Shown here piece after piece: positions 6,475 through 12,925 of a DNA stretch of 12,925 nt; within the stretch, counting starts at the first letter, position 1, and every line of letters begins with the position of its first letter. The position numbers were made by a program, and so were the translations under genes. Source of the DNA: Candidatus Dadabacteria bacterium (GTDB lineage Bacteria; Desulfobacterota_D; UBA1144; Nemesobacterales; CSP1-2); contig PSLL01000039.1 in assembly GCA_040289575.1 (NCBI GenBank), positions 8,471 through 21,395 of the forward strand, given 5' to 3'. Below the pieces are notes generated by a model. That model searched no databases. It saw only the letters and a list, made by a program, of their open reading frames with translations, and was not told the origin of the DNA.

Positions 6475-7953
6475 TTATCCCAGGACCTCTCCGAGAAATC
6501 GCATAAGCGATGCCAGATCAATCTGTTCAAATCCCGCTCTTTTAGAAATATCTTGAGAGAAGACTCTTCCTCCCTCTTTCCACATATTGCGGATAAAATC
6601 TCCGGCCTCTTTTTCCCTCCACCACTCTTCATCAAAATTTTCCCTTAAGTACCATTTCAGCTCTGATTCAATAATGCAACCTCTTAAATAACTCGCAGTG
6701 TGGAAAAACAGATCAAAGTCATCTAAGTAATCGTCTTCGTTATGATCGGAGAGAGTTGCCTCTTTAAGTGTTTGTCTATAAAAATCGGGTTTGTCTCTAA
6801 AGTCTTCATCTTTGTGAAGAGACAACTCATAAATCAACTTCCCTGAGTAGTATCTAATCATCGTGAGTTGTTTAAGGTACAGAAATCTTAGAAAGTCTCT
6901 TCCAGTATCTAACTTTAAATATCTCCGCAACCACTTTGGCTGAAGGAGAAGGTTTCTAAATAGAAATCCGAATACCCCTTCTGATGATGATTCAGTGAGC
7001 CTTTTAAACTCAAATTCGTCTTCGGGGTTTCTATATCTGTATATAAGCGCAATCCCAAGCGTGTGAAAGAAGGATTCATAATCTTCGATGCTGCCTACAG
7101 GATAGACCGAGAGCACTATATTTTGCGGCACTTCAATCGGAATACAGAAAGGGCGTGAAATCTTTCCTTTTCTGTCCGATAAATCTGCCTTTATACCTTC
7201 GCCAATATCTATGCCCATTTCGTTGAGGCATCTTTTGGCTAATGCTTTTAAATCTATATTTGGGAATTCCGATTTTAGTTCAAATGAGCTAAAGAGATAA
7301 CAAATGTCATGCCATTTAGCGTCTTTCAATCTCAATTCCATCCGCTTTAGTAAAAACCATTTAATCAGGTCTCTATAGGCATACTCCGTATCCTTGAGAA
7401 ATATCCTTGCTTTTTCTTCAATCTCACTGAGATTTAGCCCCTCCATTTCATCACAGAGGCTTATGTACGAAAATCCGAGTTCTGATGCAACGCCGTGTGC
7501 GGTCTCAAGGATTTTAAGAAAGAGAGGTTCGATCTTTAGGGCTATTTCCCTTCTTTTTCTATCTATATCCTCTCTTTGCGTCCTTCTTGCCTCTCTTTTT
7601 ATCTCCGTTGGTGCCGATCTGTAGGGGATTGTTTTATAATCAAGCCTGATCTCACCCGTGGCTTCGATCCTGAGAATTTCATCTTTGAGTTTTGCTATCT
7701 TGTTCTCTATCACAGAATGGGCTAAGAGGCTGAGAATCAGTTTCAGCCCTTTTTCTTCCTCCGCACCCTTTGGGGATGTATTCTTCAGAGAGAAAAATAC
7801 ATCTGTGTCGCTAAAAATGGGATGGGACTCATATATGGATTTGAGGTCGGTTTCCTCTTTTAATCCGGCTAAATTTCGATAAAGTTCCTGGTTTAGGGCC
7901 TTGATTAAGCCCTCGCCATATTTGCGAATCTCCAAAATTGTATCACTGGCCAT
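6475..7953 (-). CDS. Peptidase M3/oligoendopeptidase-like gluzincin-fold protein, probably catalytically inactive
   Basis: 492 aa, largely helical. RKGKISRPFCIPIEVP, then DYESFFHTLGIAL at the HEXXH position, FGFLFRNLL, ASYLRG and ENFDEEWWR resemble M3-like peptidases, but HEXXH reads HTLGI. Confidence 0.65.
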   Translation of the reverse strand: MASDTILEIRKYGEGLIKALNQELYRNLAGLKEETDLKSIYESHPIFSDTDVFFSLKNTSPKGAEEEKGLKLILSLLAHSVIENKIAKLKDEILRIEATGEIRLDYKTIPYRSAPTEIKREARRTQREDIDRKRREIALKIEPLFLKILETAHGVASELGFSYISLCDEMEGLNLSEIEEKARIFLKDTEYAYRDLIKWFLLKRMELRLKDAKWHDICYLFSSFELKSEFPNIDLKALAKRCLNEMGIDIGEGIKADLSDRKGKISRPFCIPIEVPQNIVLSVYPVGSIEDYESFFHTLGIALIYRYRNPEDEFEFKRLTESSSEGVFGFLFRNLLLQPKWLRRYLKLDTGRDFLRFLYLKQLTMIRYYSGKLIYELSLHKDEDFRDKPDFYRQTLKEATLSDHNEDDYLDDFDLFFHTASYLRGCIIESELKWYLRENFDEEWWREKEAGDFIRNMWKEGGRVFSQDISKRAGFEQIDLASLMRFLGEVLG

Positions 7954-8035
7954 GTTCAGGTTATATAATATTTTATAATAGATTTATCGGCATTTCTCCC
8001 TTTACCTGACCGAATGTGTATCAATTTCGATTGCC

Positions 8036-9280
8036 CTATTGGGATGCTGCGGCGGTTCTAATTGTTCTCTCTGGTGGCTTAATAAAGAAGGACGAAACCG
8101 CAGCCGCGTAACAGAAGAATATGCTTAGGAGAAAAGCGTAGAAGTATGTGCCTGATATGTCGTATATATATCCGGCAATGAGCGGTCCTCCTATTGCTGC
8201 GACACAGTAGGATGTGCCGAAAAAACCATATATCGTTCCCACTGCGCTCAGGCCGAAAAACCTTCCAAGAAGTGTGGGAAAGATCGGGACCCATCCGCTA
8301 TAGAAGAATCCAAATAGGATTCCAAAGAGGTAAAAAGCCCAGACTTGCCTAAGGCTGAGTATAAGAAAAAGAGAACTTCCTTGAAGGAAAAAACAGAGAA
8401 GAAGCACATTCTTGCTTTCTAAGATCTCTGTGAGCAATCCCGATATGGTAACCCTTCCTACTATGCTTCCCGCTCCTATAGATGCCGGAGCACCGGAGGC
8501 TACGAGTGCAGGGATTCCTGAATCTATTGCGAAGTTGAAAAGATGGATTACGACTACCAGAAAGGTAACGAACCCAAAAAAATACATCGAGTACATCAAC
8601 CAGAATGTCGGCGTGGCTATAGCCTCAAGGGCTTTCCAATCATTACTGCTGTTCTGTGCGATTTGAGCTTTGGATAATTTTTCCTCTCCATAGGGCTTCA
8701 GATTCTTATCCGCCGGGTATCCTCTCAGCACCAGAACCGCAACCATGGAGGCTGTAAGAAGTCCTCCCAGGGCAAAGAACGCATTTCTCAGTCCCAAGGA
8801 TGAGATGAGCCATACGGTAAGGGGGTTTGTAATCAGACCGCTTAGCGGTACTCCCGTTGTAATGATTCCGATTGCGAGCGCCCTTTTTTTTATAAACCAC
8901 CTGCTCACTACGGCTACGCACGTAATATAGAGAACCCCGTCTCCGAGTCCGATTAGGAATCCATAAGATACGTATAGGTGCCATCCTTTTGTTGCAATCC
9001 CGGAAAGAAGCATTCCCAAAGCCGTAATAATTCCTCCTGAAGCAATCACCACCCTTGGGTCGTACCTATCTACAAGGCGTCCTGCGATTGTTAGTGAGAA
9101 GGCAAGGACTATTGATCTTATTGAAAATATCGAAGAGCCTACAGCGCGGGAAAAGCCGAATTCCTTATTTAGATAGGGAAGGAATACACCGAATGAATAA
9201 AGGAGGAGGCCATCCATAATGATTAAGATAAGGGATGCCGCTACGATATACCATCCATAGAAAACTCTCTTTCTGAACAT
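8036..9280 (-). CDS. MFS transporter, monocarboxylate (MCT/SLC16)/OFA-like
   Basis: 414 aa with about 12 hydrophobic segments. N-terminal FYGWYIV...SFGVF, motif A GRLVDRYDPR, SRWFIKKRALAIG and GPLIAGYIYDISG. Strong TAAGGAG SD. Confidence 0.9.
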   Translation of the reverse strand: MFRKRVFYGWYIVAASLILIIMDGLLLYSFGVFLPYLNKEFGFSRAVGSSIFSIRSIVLAFSLTIAGRLVDRYDPRVVIASGGIITALGMLLSGIATKGWHLYVSYGFLIGLGDGVLYITCVAVVSRWFIKKRALAIGIITTGVPLSGLITNPLTVWLISSLGLRNAFFALGGLLTASMVAVLVLRGYPADKNLKPYGEEKLSKAQIAQNSSNDWKALEAIATPTFWLMYSMYFFGFVTFLVVVIHLFNFAIDSGIPALVASGAPASIGAGSIVGRVTISGLLTEILESKNVLLLCFFLQGSSLFLILSLRQVWAFYLFGILFGFFYSGWVPIFPTLLGRFFGLSAVGTIYGFFGTSYCVAAIGGPLIAGYIYDISGTYFYAFLLSIFFCYAAAVSSFFIKPPERTIRTAAASQ

Positions 9281-9333
9281 TTATACTCCTTAATCTATAG
9301 TCAACCGCATAAACTTCCATAATTATCTTTGTG

Positions 9334-9369
9334 ACTTGTAGAGGCGCATTGCTATGTGTCCCTACAAGT
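9334..9369. repeat. REP-like palindrome (copy 2): 28-nt GTAG...CTAC core at 9338-9365 with 4-bp paired flanks
   Basis: ACTT-GTAGAGGCGCATTGCTATGTGTCCCTAC-AAGT. Perfect 8-bp outer stem; the inner stem has two G-T pairs and one mismatch. Confidence 0.8.
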
Positions 9370-9529
9370 TCAGGATTGCTTTGCAGTGTACTATGATTAA
9401 CTTTCTGGTTATGCAATTTGAGGGAAATAATTATACCTGAAAATATACAAGAAAGTTTTTATAGAAATGAGGGATATCTTTTATTTTGAACCCTCTTAAG
9501 GCCGAAAGCTTCGAAACTATCAATCCTAA

Positions 9530-10792
9530 TTAGATCCTAAATTTAATCGCCAGTTTTTTGATGTTCTCTAGCTTCATCTCTTCTTCTAGACTTTTTCTCA
9601 TATCTCTTACCTTCACCTTGCCCCGGCTTAGTTCCTGATCCCCAATGATTATTGTGTACTTAACACCGAGTTTATCCGCACGCTTGAGCTGGCTTTTGAG
9701 ACTCTTATTCTCATAGTCTATGTCAATAAAAACACCGTTTTTCCTAAGTTCGTAGGCAAGAAGAAAAGCCGCTCTTTTTGCTTCGCTTCCCAGGTGTGCT
9801 ATAAAGACGTCGGTTTCTTTTTGAAACCCTTTGGGAAAAATCCCCTCGTGAAGAAGAATTATTCTCTCCATTCCTACGGCGAACCCTATGGCAGGTGTCG
9901 GTGGACCGCCTAATTCCTCAACAAGCCCGTCGTATCTTCCCCCCGCTCCTACGGCGTTTTGCGCTCCGAGCTCCTGTGTGGTTATCTCAAAGACTGTTCT
10001 CGTATAGTAATCGAGACCCCTTACTATTCGAGGATTGAGCACATAGCGAATACCGATATTTTCAAGAGCGTTTTTGACTGCTTCAAAATGTTCTTTACAA
10101 TCATTGCAAAGGTTGTCGAGCATTGAAGGTGCCTCATGAGCGATCTCTTTGCATCTCTCCTTTTTGCAGTCAAGGATTCTAAGCGGATTTGTATCAAGTC
10201 TTCTTTGGCAGTCCTCGCAGAGTTCATATCTTCTGAGGGTGAAGAATTCAATAAGTTGCCTTTTGTAACTCGGACGGCAATTTTCATCACCCAGAGAGCC
10301 TATCTCGAGTTTCAATTGAGGGCTGATTCCAATTACCTCAAAAAATCGCCATAGCATAACTATTACTTCGGCGTCTGCAAGTGGGTCTTTCTGACCAAAA
10401 ACCTCCGCCCCAATTTGATAAAACCCTCTGTACCGCCCTTTCTGAGGGCGCTCGTGCCTGAACATCATTCCCATGTAGTAGAGCTTTGATATAGGCGATT
10501 TGGCATACATCGAATGCTCTATGAATGCCCTTACGACTCCTGCAGTACCCTCTGGCCGGAGTGTAATTGAGGAGCCATCTCTATCTGTGAATGTATACAT
10601 CTCCTTTTCGACAATATCCGTTGTTGTGCCGAGGCTCCTTGCAAAGACCTCCGTAAATTCAACTGCGGGTGTTCTTATTTCTGAAAAGCCGTAGAGTTCA
10701 AATATTGTTCTTGCCCTCTCCTCAATGTAGTGCCATCTCTTAATCTGGTCGGGGAGTATATCGTTAAATCCTCTTATTAGTCTTGTTTCCAT
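9530..10792 (-). CDS. hisS: Histidine--tRNA ligase
   Basis: RGFNDILP, KEMYTF, LRPEGTA, motif 2 FRHERPQKGRYRGFYQIGAE, VRGLDYYT, motif 3 GGRYD...IGFAVGMER, and the C-terminal anticodon-binding domain (LKSQLKRADK). Confidence 0.98.
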   Translation of the reverse strand: METRLIRGFNDILPDQIKRWHYIEERARTIFELYGFSEIRTPAVEFTEVFARSLGTTTDIVEKEMYTFTDRDGSSITLRPEGTAGVVRAFIEHSMYAKSPISKLYYMGMMFRHERPQKGRYRGFYQIGAEVFGQKDPLADAEVIVMLWRFFEVIGISPQLKLEIGSLGDENCRPSYKRQLIEFFTLRRYELCEDCQRRLDTNPLRILDCKKERCKEIAHEAPSMLDNLCNDCKEHFEAVKNALENIGIRYVLNPRIVRGLDYYTRTVFEITTQELGAQNAVGAGGRYDGLVEELGGPPTPAIGFAVGMERIILLHEGIFPKGFQKETDVFIAHLGSEAKRAAFLLAYELRKNGVFIDIDYENKSLKSQLKRADKLGVKYTIIIGDQELSRGKVKVRDMRKSLEEEMKLENIKKLAIKFRI

Positions 10793-10802
10793 GGTTGCCT
10801 GG

Positions 10803-10831
10803 ATTCTACCTGAGAGGGTGGGTTAGCTCAA
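10803..10831 (-). promoter_or_regulatory. Putative sigma70 promoter immediately upstream of hisS
   Basis: Minus strand TTGAGC (10831-10826), 17-nt spacer, TAGAAT (10808-10803), then only 10 nt to the ATG. Confidence 0.6.
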
Positions 10832-10867
10832 ATTATCAGTGTATTGTGATTAATACCATTGAAGTAA

Positions 10868-10914
10868 TTGTAGTAGGAGCGCGCTGCAGGATGCTTCTAT
10901 GAGTCGCTCTACAA
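10868..10914. repeat. Composite REP-like palindrome (copy 3): degenerate 28-mer at 10873-10900 inside TTGTAG...CTACAA ends
   Basis: Inner GTAGGAGCGCGCTGCAGGATGCTTCTAT (28 nt), followed by the half-site ATGAGTCGCTCTAC. Outer TTGTAG (10868-10873) pairs with CTACAA (10909-10914). Confidence 0.6.
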
Positions 10915-10933
10915 CTGGAAATCCGGGTAGCTT

Positions 10934-12625
10934 TCAATCAATAATCTCTCTCCTCTTCTCCAGTGACTCAATCTCTCTTATCCTTAGTTCATCTATTCTC
11001 CCGCTAAGGGCTATGTCAATAATCTCTAAGAGGTAGTTCGCCGATAAAATCCTTGGAATTAAAACGTAGTCCGCTCCGGCTTTGTACATCTCAATAGCCT
11101 TCTTTATAGTCTCTGCTGTTACGATGATCCTTACCGTGGGATTCAATCTCTTTACCTGCTTTAAAAGCCGAAGATTATCGGTGCCCCTCAGGAAGTCATC
11201 GGATATGGATGAAACTATCACCTTTGCGCGTTGGATTTCCATCTCTTCAATCGTGTCCTGGTGGCTTATATCTCCATAGAGAAAAGGTATGTTTAGAACC
11301 CTAAGCCTTACATCTACCTCCGGGCTGAAATCCACTACGAGGAAATCGTTGTACCTATCTTTGAGCGACTCTATCAATGAGCTTCCTATTCTGTGACATC
11401 CAAGGAGAATAAGGCTTTTCCCCTTATGATCGGTGGCTGTGGCTTCGGCTGACTCTCCCTCTTTTAGTCCTATTCTCCCCAAAATGTCGAGAAGAAAGCC
11501 AGTGATCTTATGGTTATTGAGTGTCATGTATGTTGAGATTGTTGATGTAATAATGAGGATAATTGCCGTAAGCGATACTATGTCCTTTGATATGTGTCCG
11601 AGACTATAGCCTACAGATACAATGACAAGTGAAAACTCGCTGATCTGTGAAATTGATATTGAGGATAAAATTCCGAATCTATATCCGTAATTGAGTACTT
11701 TTAAGATCGGTATGACTGTGATGAGTCTACTTAGTATTACGAAAATAGATATTATGACAGCCGAGATTATCACGGATGACGAGCTTACAACTATCTGCAT
11801 TCCGAGGGAAACGAAAAAGAGCGTTACGAAAAAGTCCCTTAATGCCCTTATCTTTGCTATTACATCAAGATTATAAGGGAAATTCGACATACTCACTCCG
11901 GCAATCATTGCCCCCATTGCTATGGAGAAATTCGCTTTCATCGCAAGCCAAGACACCACAAAGCACCATGAGATTGTAGAAATTAGGAGTATTTCGGGGA
12001 GCTTTGCGACGAACCTAAATAATGGTGGAAGCACGTATTTTGTAGTAAGACCCGCACCTAGGACAAGCGCAATCCCTTTGGCAAAGGAAAAAGCGATTGG
12101 CAGAATGGAAGGGTTGGTGATATTTGACTGCACGGCGAGAACAAATATGCTTATTACATCCTGAAGAAGAAGAATTCCAAGGGTTATTCTTCCCGCGATG
12201 GTATCGAGTTCGCTTTTATCGGAGAGGATTTTAACCGCAATCATTGTGCTGCTAAAGGCAAATGCGGCGGCGATATATCCTGCTGTCAAGCCCTTATATC
12301 CCAACCATGAGGCGACTCCAAAGCCAAGCGTCCCGCATAATAAAACCTGTGTGATTCCGGCTATTATTACGACCTTCCCGGCTTCCATGAGTTTTCTTAA
12401 ATCAATCTCAAGCCCTATGATGAACATCAGGAATGCAAGTCCGAGGTCTGAGAGAACCCTCACCGAGTGTTCATCCTTTATCCACCCGAGTCCGACGGGA
12501 CCAATAAGGATGCCGGCGATAATGTAGGCTAGAATGAGGGGCTGCCTTAAAATCTTTGCTATATATGCAAAGAAGCTGGCAGTAACAATGGATAGACCTA
12601 TATCAAATAGTAGAGTAGACTCCAT
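10934..12625 (-). CDS. Cation:proton antiporter, CPA2/Kef family, with C-terminal RCK (TrkA-N) domain
   Basis: LRQPLILAYIIAGILIGP, FLMFIIGLE, FSSTMIAVKIL, GILLLQD, LRDFFVTLFFVSLG and SQISEFSLV. The soluble C-terminal domain carries LLGCHRIG, YGD and LYKAGADYV-like (MYKAGADYV) motifs. Confidence 0.95.
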   Translation of the reverse strand: MESTLLFDIGLSIVTASFFAYIAKILRQPLILAYIIAGILIGPVGLGWIKDEHSVRVLSDLGLAFLMFIIGLEIDLRKLMEAGKVVIIAGITQVLLCGTLGFGVASWLGYKGLTAGYIAAAFAFSSTMIAVKILSDKSELDTIAGRITLGILLLQDVISIFVLAVQSNITNPSILPIAFSFAKGIALVLGAGLTTKYVLPPLFRFVAKLPEILLISTISWCFVVSWLAMKANFSIAMGAMIAGVSMSNFPYNLDVIAKIRALRDFFVTLFFVSLGMQIVVSSSSVIISAVIISIFVILSRLITVIPILKVLNYGYRFGILSSISISQISEFSLVIVSVGYSLGHISKDIVSLTAIILIITSTISTYMTLNNHKITGFLLDILGRIGLKEGESAEATATDHKGKSLILLGCHRIGSSLIESLKDRYNDFLVVDFSPEVDVRLRVLNIPFLYGDISHQDTIEEMEIQRAKVIVSSISDDFLRGTDNLRLLKQVKRLNPTVRIIVTAETIKKAIEMYKAGADYVLIPRILSANYLLEIIDIALSGRIDELRIREIESLEKRREIID

Positions 12626-12640
12626 CTGCCTTTGATTTAG

Positions 12641-12669
12641 ATTTTATATTAACCCCTAGTTTTTGTCCA
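12641..12669 (-). promoter_or_regulatory. Putative sigma70 promoter for the CPA2 antiporter
   Basis: Minus strand TGGACA (12669-12664), 17-nt spacer, TAAAAT (12646-12641), then 15 nt to the ATG. Confidence 0.6.
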
Positions 12670-12686
12670 GGTTGATTATCCCATAG

Positions 12687-12925
12687 TGTAGTTGCAAAGT
12701 GAAAATGTCACCCCATGGGTTTAGGGTAATTTCTGTTTTTAGTAGTAATTACCCATCAGGAGGTAGAAACACTCATGGAGGTGATAACTTTGAGTCGGAA
12801 AGAAATTTCAAGATATCAGGTGATAAAGGACTCATTGGATAGAAAGCTCTCTAATAACAAAGCAGCAACGTTACTTGGTTTATCCAAAAGGCAGATAATA
12901 CGGCTTAAGAACAAGCTCAGAAGGG
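12687..12925 (+). mobile_element. Left end of an insertion sequence, IS1202/ISNCY-like (IS481-related), truncated by the window
   Basis: Candidate terminal IR TGTAGTTGCAAAGTGAAAATGTCACCCC (5'-TGT...AAATGTC pattern), starting 88 nt upstream of a transposase-like ORF. The right IR and target duplication lie outside the window. Confidence 0.7.
12775..12925 (+). CDS. ISNCY/IS1202-family transposase, N-terminal HTH fragment (partial)
   Basis: Not in the ORF track. MEVITLSRKEISRYQVIKDSLDRKLSNNKAATLLGLSKRQIIRLKNKLRR, open to the edge. AAxLLGLSxRQxxRLK is the HTH typical of these transposases. AGGAGG SD at 12758-12763; an alternative TTG start at 12790 follows GGAGGTG. Confidence 0.8.
   Translation, partial: MEVITLSRKEISRYQVIKDSLDRKLSNNKAATLLGLSKRQIIRLKNKLRR

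Noticed and set aside
6441..6635. 64-aa alternative-frame ORF whose stop overlaps the HDAC start (ATGA)
   Set aside because: It lies mostly within the M3-like gene and has no family features. The HDAC gene has its own SD, so the overlap is likely coincidental.
7969..7994. dif-like sequence on the minus strand: AATGCCGATAA-ATCTA-TTATAAAATAT
   Set aside because: The XerC-like arm is plausible, but the spacer is 5 nt instead of 6 and the XerD arm lacks the conserved TTATGT(T/C)AAAT core. It is better explained as an AT-rich promoter.
9165..9416. 83-aa minus-strand ORF upstream of and overlapping the MFS gene (possible leader peptide)
   Set aside because: It translates through the REP-like palindrome, overlaps the MFS gene out of frame, and has no attenuator-like codon run or terminator.
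10090..10220. Cys-rich segment in HisRS (CEDC, DCKKERC, CNDC)
   Set aside because: This is a common insertion-domain feature of many bacterial HisRS proteins and not unusual.
311..12527. Plus-strand ORFs in the track (e.g. 311-526, 3086-3394, 4390-4848, 12198-12527)
   Set aside because: All are antisense shadows of well-supported minus-strand genes and show no recognisable motifs.
12645..12686. Possible Xer/dif target beside the IS1202-like left end
   Set aside because: No ATAA-N6-TTAT core or XerD arm at the expected distance in either orientation.
1..12925. CRISPR array, tRNA, rRNA, classical intrinsic terminators
   Set aside because: No regularly spaced repeats, cloverleaf or rRNA-like sequence was seen. 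The hairpins found lack a following U-tract on the transcribed strand.

Overview
Bacterial chromosomal window, moderately AT-rich, with ten co-oriented minus-strand CDSs. In transcription order (right to left): CPA2/Kef-type cation:proton antiporter with RCK domain, hisS, MCT/OFA-like MFS transporter, M3-like gluzincin with a destroyed HEXXH motif, atypical HDAC-family Zn hydrolase, TatA/B-family subunit, short NuoG, NuoH, ornithine cyclodeaminase/mu-crystallin family reductase, and a stand-alone DUF4350/GIFT-like protein. An eleventh gene, a 5'-methylthioadenosine phosphorylase (mtnP), runs off the left edge and is missing from the ORF track. The right edge holds the left end and transposase N-terminus of an IS1202/ISNCY-like element, also missing from the track. 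The most notable non-gene signal is a family of 28-nt GTAG...CTAC REP-like palindromes in three intergenic spaces; one supplies the nuoH stop codon and one is nested or composite. Other points of interest are two adjacent hydrolase homologues with altered catalytic residues, an orphan nuoG-nuoH pair, and sigma70-like promoters placed so close to SD-less start codons that near-leaderless mRNAs are implied. Family assignments come from motif recognition by eye; no database search was run.
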